Assembly (NCBI RefSeq): GCF_009914755.1
Contig: NC_060944.1
Source of the DNA: the human T2T-CHM13v2.0 reference genome, Homo sapiens
DNA length: 64,000 bases
Strand: one strand, 5' to 3'
Below are positions 12,822 to 25,793 of this stretch, piece after piece. The position numbers were made by a program, and so were the translations under genes. Under the pieces are notes generated by a model, which made no database searches, was not told the origin of the DNA, and saw only the letters and a list, made by a program, of their open reading frames with translations. The number at the start of each line of letters is the position of its first letter. Position 1 is the first letter of the stretch.

Positions 12822-15800
12822 GTGAGGAGGCCGCGGCGGAGCGGGGAGCTGGCCCTGCGCTGCACCGCGGCAGGTGGGGGCCGCTTGCAACCGCTCGCTG
12901 CGGTAGAATCCCTTGGAGGGCACCAGCCTAAGAGGGGTTAATCGTGACTCATTCTTACCCTCCCTTCATTCCCCTACATCCCTTTAAGCGCTTCCCTCCC
13001 TCCCCCTCCCTGAAATGTAAGAATTAGAGGGTGCTGATTGCAGCAGAGAAGATGCCCAAAGTGGGTGATTAGGAGGCTTTTAGGGAACCCACCCCCCAAT
13101 TTTATTTGTCTTCCCCTTCTGGCATTTGGCAAACATTTAAGCTTCTCTTTTCCTTCTTGGAGGAGGAGCAGGGGTACCTGGGGGTGGGAGAAGGATGAGA
13201 CCCCACCCCCACCCCAAGGTCAAGTGCCAATGACTGCTTCCATCCCATCTTTCCCTCTGAGAAGCATCAGGGCCCTGCAGTAGATCTGGGGAAAAAATGC
13301 CCATAAGTCCTAGAGTGGACGATCTGAGCCTCCGTCTCCCCGGAGCTTCCCTGGGATGTGAAGCCTTCCACTCCCCAGCCGGGATCTGGGCTGTTTGCAA
13401 CACCTACTAGCCTGGGGAGCCCCATATTCCCTTCCCCAACCCTGCAGACTGAAAGAGAGGCCGGTCACATGCTGCCCGTTTCCTCTGCCTTCTCTGCCCA
13501 TCTGGTGGTGTCGGGATGGGCTGGAGGAGCTTCTTAGAAAAAGGTGATCTCTGCAGGCAGAGTCGTGTAAGGAAAGTGCCAGAGATTGGGGTTCTAGGCC
13601 CTTAACTTGCTAGTTGGCCACAAGTAGCCATTTTAAAATTCTCTAGGCGTGGGTGTCTGTCTGCTCATCTGTTAGATGCAGGAATTGGATTAAATGATGT
13701 GTGTAATTTTAGTATATCACTCAAGCAGCTTTTACATGTCAGGGGGACCCCTCTGCTAAGGCAATTTAAATTTAGTTTCATGAAATAATTGGGGTTTCCT
13801 CAGTTGATCTCTTTCAACTCTGACTTCTTAAGTGAAACATTGACCTTGTGGGCCTCAAGGAGCTGGAGGTGCCAGACAGTCCTATGTTGACATCCCTGAG
13901 CTGCCAAGTGACTTCCCTTCCCCCAGCCTCAGTTTCTCCATCTGTAAATCTAGGGGTACAGCCCGCAGAGGGCTGATGTGAAAATTAAATGAGATGTATG
14001 TGGAAGCACCTAAAATAGTGCCTGTGCCTGGCACATAGTAGGTTCTCAGGAACTCAGGACTTGGGAGATAGGCTGGGGGAAGAGAGGAAGAGGTGACTGC
14101 TTTTAGTCCTGTTCTCCTCCCCATCCCCTGCCTGTCTCTTCCACACCCCTGCAGATGGTGTCCCTGCCAGGGGTAATGAATGCTGAAGTGTATTGGGTCA
14201 CCAGGCTGAGGGCCTAGGCAGGCAGCAACATTTCCACTGCAAAGGTTGTGACATCATTCTAGCAAATGATGGTCCCAAGGAGGACTGTAGCCCAGCATTG
14301 GGTTTGGAAAATCCTGGCATCCAAGGGCGGAGTCTCTGAGGGAACAGAAGCAGCAGATTCTTGTGTGCTGGCAGCAGGGCAGGGATCAGGTCTTCCGGAT
14401 CTCACATGAATCCCACTGTGGCTCTCTTGCCCTCCCTGGAGTGTCTCCCTAGAGTCACCCTGAGGCCAGGCAGTCAAGTTTTTGGTGCTTGTATTTTCGA
14501 TTCTTTATCTTCCTTCCTGCTGTCATTTTCAGCCTAGCACTCAAGCCTTTCTCGCTCCTCTTTATTCCAGATACCTCCTGCCTTTTGACAGCATGATAAA
14601 GGAGGTTCTCCATAGGGTTGGGTGGGGAATTTTGCTGCTGCACCATTTGGGCCAAAAGAAGTTGTCATGTCCCCCCACCCCCACCCTAAATTCCTATTTG
14701 GCAGAGGCCCTATCATTTTCCTTTCTCTATCTCCAGCCTCTGGCCCATGAGTAGGCCCAAACTAGGTGCTCCGTAAGTGTTGAATGAAACAAACTTGAGG
14801 AAATTATGTCCCTAAGCCAACTAGGTTAGGGAGAAACTGTAGGAATGTGTTGATTATGTAGGTGAAAGCCCTTTTTAGTGTAGGACATCGTCCAGGTTGT
14901 TGGTTGTCATTATTATTGCTATTACAGCTACTGTTATTATTGCTATTGTTGGTGATTAACAGATGCTTCGCCTACTCCTCTAGGGCTCCTGACTAGACCA
15001 AAAGGGGCCAGATGTGCCTGGGAGGGTGGTGATGTTGGCAAAAAGGGATCCAGATGGTGCCAGCTGGTGTGAGATGACTGTGAAGGGAGGAGGATTGGGA
15101 AGGGAATGATTCTAGCCATTTTCTGTGTTTGAGGGAGGAGAGCAGGTAATTAGAATCAAGTGGGACAACATGGATATGCAGTAGAAAGTCAGGAGACCCA
15201 GGTCCCATGTCCCATTGAACCACTGCCTTATTATGTGACCTTGGGCCAGTCAGGCCTCCCCTCAAGGCCTCTGTGTGCCCATCTATATAATGATGGGACT
15301 GGACTAAGTGATTTCTAAGACCCCTTCTGCTTCTGACATTCTGTCGAGTGGATTTTGTTAAATAAAAATCAGACAACTATGATTACCCTCAACGTCATTT
15401 ATGAAGTCCCAGACCATTAACTGTCTCAGGTAATCCTTAAAGAAAATTATGACCATTTCAAAGATGGGGAGACTGAGGCTTGGAGAGACTAAGTGACTTG
15501 CTGAGGGTTGCGCGGCTAGAACTGCTATCCGACACCAGGTCTGTCTGCATCGTCCCCTTCCAAAGGTTTCGCTGCCTCTTCATGCATACCTTGCTGATGC
15601 TGTGAGCTGTGTGTGCACTTGCAGGTGGGAACAGGGGTTTGGAGAAGAAGAAGCTGTGAACAATTTACGGTGAGAGATCAGGCATTTCTCCCAGGTGATT
15701 GGTGCAGGGTACTTCCTGGTTGAAAACTGTGTGAACCAGGAATGGAGAGTTTTCCTTTCACCGTGAGCCCTGCTTTGCTGATGTTTGGTGGATGCCCCTT

Positions 15801-17391
15801 TACCGAGGATAATGGTTAGGCCTGAATGACAGTCAGGACAGACACACTTTTTTAGTCTTCTTATGTGTTGTGCTCTGTTTTACACAGGTTCAATAATTTA
15901 CTGCTCAGATCATCCCATTATGTAGGCACTATATATAAATTTACCCATTTTTATAAGTGAGAAAGCCAGGGCAGAGAGGCGAAGGGTCTTACCCAGAGTC
16001 GTACAACCAGTGTATCATAGAACCTAGAAAATGTTTAGCTGGAAGTGCACTGGACTGGGTGTCCAAAGGGTTGCTTTTAGTCTGAGCCCTCTCAATAACT
16101 GAATAACCTTGGGTCAGCCAGTTTCCCTCCAAGAGTTCCCATCCCTCAAATGATCTGCATGCATCTACTGGCTCCGAAAGGCCTACATGCACCCTTGTTC
16201 CAGTATTGGAGGTGGAGGGGATTCCTTAACTTGCTAAACATTGACCAGCATTTGTCCTTATTTATTAGCTAGGCCCTGGGCTAAGTGCATAGCATGCAGG
16301 AAAGAGTAAATTGTGAGTCCTAGTTTCAAGAAGCTCATATCTAACAGAGGGAGACAGACACCTAAACGTGTAGATATGAGAAAACATCTGGAAGCTATAA
16401 GACATACTGATATGTGTGTGATGGGGTGGGGGGACAGAGAGAGGGGAATGATCTTTCCTACTGAGTGGGTCAGGAAGGCTTTAGAGAGATGATGCCATTG
16501 TCATCTCTATTTTTGGCATTGAGCTTGTGAATAATAATTTAATAATAATAGTAAAGGGTTCTACTCGATTTAGAATGTTTCCAAACAGCCCTAAAGACTT
16601 GTTGGCTCCTGTCCTCATCAATCTAGAAGGTGGACATGGAGTCTAGGGGACTATCCAAGCTCACGCTGTAACACAATTTTGATGGAACTATCTGTTTGTC
16701 CCAGGTAGACCAGAACCTTTCCTGTCCTTAAAGCCTTCTAGAAGCAGGATTTTGAAATTCCTCTGACAAAGACTGTCTTGTGCCTATAATCATCTGATAG
16801 GCTTGGGGAATTCTTCTTCATGTCTATTCTAGGCATCCCACCTGTCTGGAGGAACGCCTAACACCTGAGAGGTGAAGTCATTTGCCTAAGATTACTCAGC
16901 AGGGCTTGGTTCATAACTCTGGCCTAACGGGGATTGCATTTCTAAGCCACATGGGGTCTTTCTACATCTAGGCCACCAGAAGCCCCAGGTGCCAGTTCTC
17001 CATTTGATGGGCAGCTGGTGCTGTGGGAAGTCTCGATGCAGGTGATGTGAAGCTCAAGCCAAGGGCCATGGAGAGGCTGAGGCCTGTGCACCCCAGGCTG
17101 CTTTGCATTAATGGACAGATATTTATGACGTGTTTGTCGCATACTCAGCACTGTCCTCTGAATTGAGGGGCTGAGCCAACCAAAAGGGAGTGGCTGGAAA
17201 GCAGCCTGGCACAGCAGGAAGAGCCAGCACCGAGGAGTCAGTAGACTTGGGTCCTCACCCCAGCTCTGCCGTTGACCCACTGGGTGGCCTTAGGTCAGAC
17301 CCTTTGCTTTTCCACACCTGCAAAATGGGAGTCAGAGGTGATGATATCTAAGAGCCCTTCTAGCTCTGAGTGGCTAACAATTCAGAAACTC

Positions 17392-17668
17392 TTTCTTCTT
17401 CTTCTTCTTTTTGTTTTTTGGAGGCAGAGTCTTACTCTGTCACCTAGGCTGGAGTTCAGTGGCATGATCTTGGCTCACTGCAACCTCTGCCTCCCGGGTT
17501 CAAATGATTCTCCTTCCTCAGCCTCCTGAGTAGCTGGGACTATAGGCATGCGCCACCATGCCCAGAAAATTTTTGTATTTTTAGTAGAGAGGGGGTTTCA
17601 CCATGTTAGCCAGGCTGGTCTCGAACTCCTGACCTCAGGCAATCCATCTGCCTTGGCCTCCCAAAGTG
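17392..17668 (-). mobile_element. Alu
   Basis: Antisense Alu consensus. Confidence 0.9.
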
Positions 17669-20600
17669 TCTTTCTTCTGTTCTGTAATGACTTTAGGGGG
17701 TAAAAGGGTGGATAGGATACATATAATTGTTACTTGAGGAAGAATAAGATAAATATAACAAAAGGCATGAACAAATGCTTTGTGGATTTGCTGGAGGGAG
17801 AGGGGTTGGGAAAGACTCAGTTCAAAAGCCACCTCTTCAAAAATAGAATGATGCAGACATGGTTAGATGAAGTTATGAGTTTTTGTTTTTTTGTTTTAAC
17901 CAAGAGGAGTAACAGAAGATTGCTGTCATACTGGGACAGGAAGTCTGTAGCAGAGCAGTGGGTCTTGGACTTAGATTTCACAAAGACCAGTGCATTTGGG
18001 AATCCATCCTCGGTTAGCTAGCTTTTTATTTTACCAGACGAGGACATTCAGATGACACTTAGGGTCCTCTTTACCATCACTATCATAAAATAAGAGAAAG
18101 AACATTTTAATATTTCTATTCCCCCAAGTAAGAAGGCCATGTTATCAGGGGGAAAATGGTATTCCTTCAAATTGAATACATTTTGCTTTGTTAAAAACTC
18201 ACTGCATTGTCTGTATTTTCCTCATTTTTGCCACAGACTCGTGTTCTCGTGTTTGGCTCTGCAATTGGGCTGCTGGGGTTTGAATTTTGGCCCAGTTATT
18301 TTTTTCCCTCAGAGCTTCTGTTTCCTCACCTGTAAAACTGGGAAATGATGTTGTCTCCTAAGGTCATTAGGAAGACTTTACACCAAAATGAAATATGTTA
18401 AGCAAGGGATGTCAAATGTAGTTGTCTACAAAGGTAAAACAGGCCAGTTGGGCTGTTTGGGGATTGTAGCACATTGGAAAGTGCTTGCTTGAAAGAGGCA
18501 GCTGCTATCCTGCTCTCACCATTCTTGCCTACAAGAACATGTGCCCAATGTTGTCAGATCTTCTGATTTATAAGACAGAAATCTGCATATTTGTTTGTGA
18601 CATCTCCTAATTTTTAAAATGTAGCTGATTAGGCAATATTTTTAAATGCACATATTAAAATGTGTATGTGACCGGCCATCCGTCTGTGACCTCAGATGTA
18701 AAGTTTTAGATGCTGGGCACATAGTGCTCAGTCATTATTGGCTGGCCCACAGATGAAGGCAGAGAAAGGAAGGAAGGCTGGAAAGGCAGCCTAGGCCAGG
18801 GAATGCCTTGTTTGCAAGGCTAGGGCATTTAGCCTGACTTTGGCAGCTTGTGATCTTCTGCTTCTGGCTCCCCCAGCTTCAAAGGCCCTGATGGTGCCCC
18901 TTCCCTTTTGGCAGCACTGTCAGGATTGAGTCTCTGGGGACTGAGGCCTCCAGATACCTCTGTACCCCTTGAAGCTGGCCCTAGCCACGCCTCCCTACCA
19001 CAGGGTCTCTGGAAGCTTGGTCGGCAGCTTCAGAAGAGGGAACTTGGCTGGTGGCCTGTGCAGCCTGGCACAGAAGCCACCTTTGAGAAAGAGGGGTGCA
19101 GAGAGACTCCTGGCAGGTCCTCAGTGGGTGTGGTAGTTCCTGTTCTTTGGAAGCCACGCCGGCCTTGCAGCAGAGCTTCTGCCACCCTCTCCTTGGGTTG
19201 TGCTGTGGTCTGGACAGCAAGCAGTCTCTCTGTGGACAGCTCTGACACATGGTCCCTGCAGAGGAAAAGTTGGGATCTGGTTGCAAAGAGAGCCTAGAGT
19301 GTTCTTAGAGAAGGACCTCAGAGGAGCTCTTAATTAGCAGAAGAAACCCTACCACGGTTTCAGGGCCTTCTAGGATTCAGATTAAAGCCACTGATGACAG
19401 TTCACATTTTTTGTGGCTCCAGTTAATCAAATATTCATCAAGCACCTATCATGGTAAGGTTCTATTCTGGCCACGGTGAAGGAATTCAAAGAAGTATTTA
19501 CAACCATTCATTCAACCAACATATACTGAGGATCTGCTGTACACACAGGCACCAAGATGTGGTCCCTACCCTCAGGGAGCTGTTTAGGTTGGTTGGAGGG
19601 AAGGAATGTGGGTGGTGCACAGGGCCTGACACATAGAAATATTAACAACAGCTGCCATTTGACTGTGTGTCTTCTGAGTATGAGGTGCTAGCCCTCATAG
19701 CACCTGTTTTAGAGGGTGGATGGGAACTGAACTGAATCTTCATCTGAAGCACTCAGCACTGTGCCTGCCACACAGTGATATAGCTGCATTATTCGTAGCC
19801 TGGAAAATTGGGCAGATGCAGAAGAAAGGCAACGTAAAGATGGGACGGAGAAAAAAAGAAGCAGTCAACCAATCCGGGCCCACTTAGCATATGTTATCCT
19901 TGTTTTATAGAGAAAGACACTGAGACTCAGAGAGGGGAGGAAATTTGTTCAAGGTTACACAGCGGCTGTGTAGCAGAGCCTACACTTAGATGCCAGTCTC
20001 TTTGGCATCAGAGCTGCGTTCTTCCCTCTAAGCCATACTGCCTCTAAAGAAGTGATCGGTGAACAAAAAATAAATAACTACCATTTGTTGAACACACACA
20101 ACAGGTGAGGCACTGTGCTGCTTGCTAAGATAGGAAGTTTTTTAATAGTTGAGGAAACTAGGACCACTAGAAAGAAGAAACTGGCCCAAAGTTATATAAG
20201 CACAAGTGGTGGGGTGGGGACTCTGACACAGGTATACAGGATGTAGCTTCCCGCACCGTAGTGACAGGATAGCAGTTTTCAGGGGTAAAGGTATTCAAAG
20301 TGCAGGCATGGGAGAGAGTGTGGGCTTCTGCATGCCCTGAGAGATAGATACCAGACCAGTCCTTGCAAGTGCCAGCAAGGAAGGCAAATTTTGGCTCAGT
20401 TCAAGGGATGAAAGGGAGAAAATTCTAAAAAAAAAAAAATCTAGTAACAAAACAATGTGTTTTGAGAGCTGGCACCTCATCTCTGGGCTGCTCACATAGG
20501 GCTGGATGTTCTAGGAGGAATTCTTGCCATAGGATGGAGTTTGGAAAGGCTGTGCTTGACAGCTGTAACCCAGAAGATCTGGAATCCTAGTATAGGGCTG

Positions 20601-23410
20601 GTCACAGATGAGGCAAGCAGTGGGTGCTGCTGGCATTCCCAGGAGAAAGAATAGCTGTAGGTTGAGACTATCTGAGAAGGCTTCCCGGAGGAAGAGGAGG
20701 AACTAGAAAGGATCTAAAGGCTGGCACTCGGGAAGGGAGCGGAAGAGGACTGTGTAAGGACTGTGAGTCTGAGGACACTGAGCTCTCTAGTCTGGCTAGG
20801 CCATCGGTCTGGTGCCCTTCAGCAAAGGGCAGCTCCCTGTCCTTTCTGGCTTTTAAAATGGTGGAAGCAGAGGTACAGTAAATCCTGGGTCCTGTGTCTT
20901 TCCCAAAGCCTCATTAGGCAGCCAGTTTGGCACCACCTCCCCCGTCTTGCTTCCCACACATCCCCTCTGTATGCATTGTAAGATTCGCCTCCCTTCCAGC
21001 CTCCCTTTCAGAAGTGGCGGACTTTGGACGTGCAGCCCCAGAGGGAGAAGGGGTGCGCTAAACATCACCTCTTCTGTGAGGCAAGTGTCATGAGGCAAAC
21101 TACGTCTTCTGGCAGTGGCCACCTGCCTCACTTTTGGGGCTCAGAGCCAAAGGGGGAGGAGCCACAGCTCCATCCATTTAAGCCACCCTGGGCCTTCTGG
21201 GAGCCACTCGCTTCCTCAGAGCCAGGCCTGGCTCATTTCCAGTTCTGCCACTTGTTAGCCTGGGACTTCAGACAAATTGTGTTACCCCCTGGGCCATTTT
21301 CTCATCTGCCAAAGAGAAATCGATTATTCCTGCCTGAGAGGAGACGGGATGATCTGTTGTGGTCCCCTGTGGGAAAGAGCCTGGTATATAGCAGATGTCC
21401 CCACGAACACTGCTTCCTCCTGTCTCTATGGGCCTCGATTGCTTTTCTGACCCTCTAAGTCCCGACTCTTGTCCAGGTTAATGAAAACAGCTACACTACA
21501 TGTCGGGCACAGGGGATATGTGACCTTATAGCATCTTCCTGACAGCCCAGGTAAGGAAAGCATTATTATAGAAAAGGAAGCTGAGTTATAGGAAATTTAA
21601 GCAATTTGTCCATGGCCCACAGCTGTTACATGGTGGCTGAGCTACCAAATACCTGATTCCAGGGCCCAAACTCTCCCTGCCCCTCATTTTGCTTTCTCAT
21701 TCTCTTCCTCTCCCCATTTCTGTTCTCTTAGGCCTGTGAATGGGCATTCCTTCCTCCTCAAAGCTTAGCTGGGCTCTTACACCAAGGTTGCTAGCCCTGG
21801 ACCTGATAGGAGTGAGGTGGTCTAAGAGCTAGAGAAGGACATTTTGATAGTTTATGACTTCAGAAAAGTCCCTGAGTGACCCTTGGACGTGTTCTACCCC
21901 AAGTCAGCAGTATTTCCTCCCTGCCATTCCTTTCTACCTCAATTACTTTTACTTGCCCTGTTTCCTCTGCCTGAAATTTTCTTCCTACTACTACTGCTAT
22001 CTCCTCATGTTCAGATCTGTCTCAAGGCCCAGCTCAAACACTGTCTTTCAGGGGACCCACTTCCAACTCCCACAGCTCCTTCACAGAGCCCAGGCTCTTA
22101 GTCACCAGCCTAAGCTCTGTGCTCTCAGAGGATGGAGAGGACCTGACCCCTCCACACCCTCCTGTTCCCTGACTGCAGAGACCAGCCCTCCCTGGGTGGC
22201 ACGCAGGGCCCAGATTGGAGCTGTAGACCATTTGAGCCAACTGTCTGTGGCTTCCTTCTGGAGAGCCCCTTCCCCCTCCACAGGAGGGGGGCTCCTCACT
22301 CTGGGGCCGTGTGTTTGAGAGAGAAGCCCTCAGAGGTTGTTAGGCCTGGTAGAGGTCAGTTTTGTAAGGAATCCCTGAGGCCAGCCATCCAGATGAAAAA
22401 GCCCAGGATCCAAGCCTAGGCAGCACTGGCCCCCTTGCCCTGCTCTCTGAGTGGTTGGGAACAGAGAGCGCAGGTTGGAGTTGGATACACTTGGACTGCT
22501 GTCTCCGTCTCTGCCGTGGACTGACTTTGTGACTGGGCAAGTCACTTAATTTATCTGACCCTTAGTACCTCAATAGTAAAAATGGGCATCATAATCATAA
22601 CGTAGGCCTCCTGACAGCAAAGCTGGCATGAGAATTAAACTAGATTAGAAATCTTCTATGTGTAAAGCCCCTACCTAGCCCAGGGGCTTTATTTATTAAA
22701 CACAGTAGGTGCTTAATAAATGCCAGTACCCTTTCATCCGTGTTGTATAGGAATCACTTTATAACTTCCCTACTTTCCCAAAGTGCCAACACATCTTCAT
22801 TTGGCAGTGAGCTCCCTCCTCACTGGAGGTATTCAAACTGGGTCCGGGTGACTGCAGAACAGGAATGTTATTCCGAGAAACAGAACTTCAGTCAGATGGA
22901 TGTTGGGCTTTGAAACCTTCAGATTCTTTCCTGTCCAGAATTTTTGCGATTCTGTGAAGACTTGACTCAGATCTCGTTGGTCAATTATTAGAAATCAGTT
23001 GGGGTTCGGCTTGGATGTCTGTTTTGCACAGATAAAAGACAGACTTCTGCTGGAGTTGTGAACTAATTGAAGGCTTTCTCCCAAGAGGTGGCAAGGGTAG
23101 AAACAAAATCAGGCCCAGGAGGAAGGACTCCAAGGGATCCTGGAAAGGGAATCTGGCTGGGATATTAGGGGCATGTGGCGAAATGTTTAGGTTGAATTTG
23201 GGGAAGGCTATACCACGGCTGCTAGAAATAATTTCCTGGGGCAAGGATTGTTTGATTTGTCTCTGAACCCCCGTACCCAGCACAAACCAGGTACACAGAA
23301 ACATTCTAGAAAAATGTTGAGTAAATGACAAGAAGCTTTGGTGTCCCTATCAGATGGAATCCTGGGTTGAGGGACTCCTTGGGACTAGAGGCCATGTGGG
23401 AGTTTCATAC

Positions 23411-24345
23411 TCTGTGTGTGTATGTGTATGTGCCTGTGTCTGTGTGTGTCTGTGTCTATGTGTGTGTATGTCTGTGTCTGTGTGTCTGTGTATGTGTGCC
23501 TGTGTGTGTGTCCATGTGTATGCCTGTGTGTGTGTCTGTCTGTGCCTGTGTATCTGTATGTGTGTCCGTGTGTGTGCCTGTGTGTCTGTCTGTGCATGTG
23601 TGTCTGTGTGTGTATCTGTGTGTGTGTGTCGTGTGTCTGTGTGTGTGTGTCAGTGTCTGTCTCTGTGTGTGTCTGTGTATGTGTGCCTGTGTGTGTGTGT
23701 GTCTGTGCCTGTGTGTCTGTGTATCTGTGTGTGTCCGTGTGTGTCCATGTGTGTGCCTGTGTGTCTGTCTGTGCCTGTGTGTCTGTGTGTGTATCTGTGT
23801 GTGTCGTGTGTCTGTGTGTGTGTGTGTCAGTGTCTGTCTCTGTGTGTGCCTGTGTATGTGTGCCTGTGTGTGTCTGTGCCTGTGTGTCTGTGTATCTGTG
23901 TGTGTCAGTGTGTGTGTCCGTGTGTGTGCCTGTGTGTCTGTCTGTGCCGATGTGTCTGTGTATGTATCTGTGTGTGTGTGTGCCTGTGTGTGTCTGCGTG
24001 TGTGCCTGTGTGTGTCTGTGCCTGTATGTCTGTGTGTATCTGTGTGTGTGGCGTGTCTGTGTGTCTGTGTGTGTGTCAGTGTCTATGTATGTGTGTCTGT
24101 GTATGTGTGCCTGTGTGTGTGTGTCTGTGTGTGTATCTGTGTGTGTCTCTGTGTGTGCCTATGTGTGTGTCTGTTTGTGTGTGTATCTGTGTGTGTCTCT
24201 GTGTGTGCCTATGTGTGTGTGTCTGTGCCGGTGTGTCTGTGTGTGTGTATCTGTGTCTCTGTGTCAGTGTCTGTGTGTGTGTTTGTGTGTCAGTGTCTGT
24301 GTGTGTGTATCTGTGTATGTGTGTCAGTGTCTGTGTGTATGTGTG
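23411..24345. repeat. Degenerate (TG)n / TGTGTC low-complexity tract, ~0.93 kb
   Basis: Continuous tgtgtgtctgtgtgcctg-type sequence. Confidence 0.95.
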
Positions 24346-24434
24346 TTGTTTGTGTTGTTTGCCTGGCTTCCTAAGACAACTCCTGTTTGCTATGCTTTCT
24401 GTTTTCTTTCCTCCACTCTTTCCCATCCTCCTCC

Positions 24435-25585
<1,151 letters not shown>

Positions 25586-25683
25586 TGCCCCAGAGGGCCT
25601 CGTGGAAGTTTCTTGCTCAGTGTGTATGAGTGAGTGAGAGAGACACTGATAGAAAGACTGGTTTCCTGAGAGACTCCGGCTTC

Positions 25684-25793
25684 TTTTTTTTTTTTTTTTT
25701 TTGAGACAGGGTCTGACTCTGTCAGTCTGTCACCAAGCCTGGAGTGCAGTGGCACCATCACAGCTCACTGCAACCTCCACCTCCTGGGCTCAG
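25684..25793 (-). mobile_element. Alu fragment
   Basis: Poly-T + gagacaggg...ggagtgcagtggc. Confidence 0.8.

Larger units (their letters stand above)
12110..12910. promoter_or_regulatory. SNPH: CpG island / SNPH promoter
   Basis: Abrupt high GC and CpG density with GC boxes (ccccgccc) around two non-coding exons. Confidence 0.85.

Noticed and set aside
12092-12923. ORFs up to 204 aa in the CpG island
   Set aside because: Pro/Ala/Gly/Arg-rich products expected from GC-rich DNA; only the short Kozak-supported uORF was kept.
15234-15246. Scattered tgtgaccttgggc sites (also ~40231, 42081, 43438) as nuclear-receptor elements
   Set aside because: This string is part of the MIR core and appears in most MIR copies, so single hits are uninformative.
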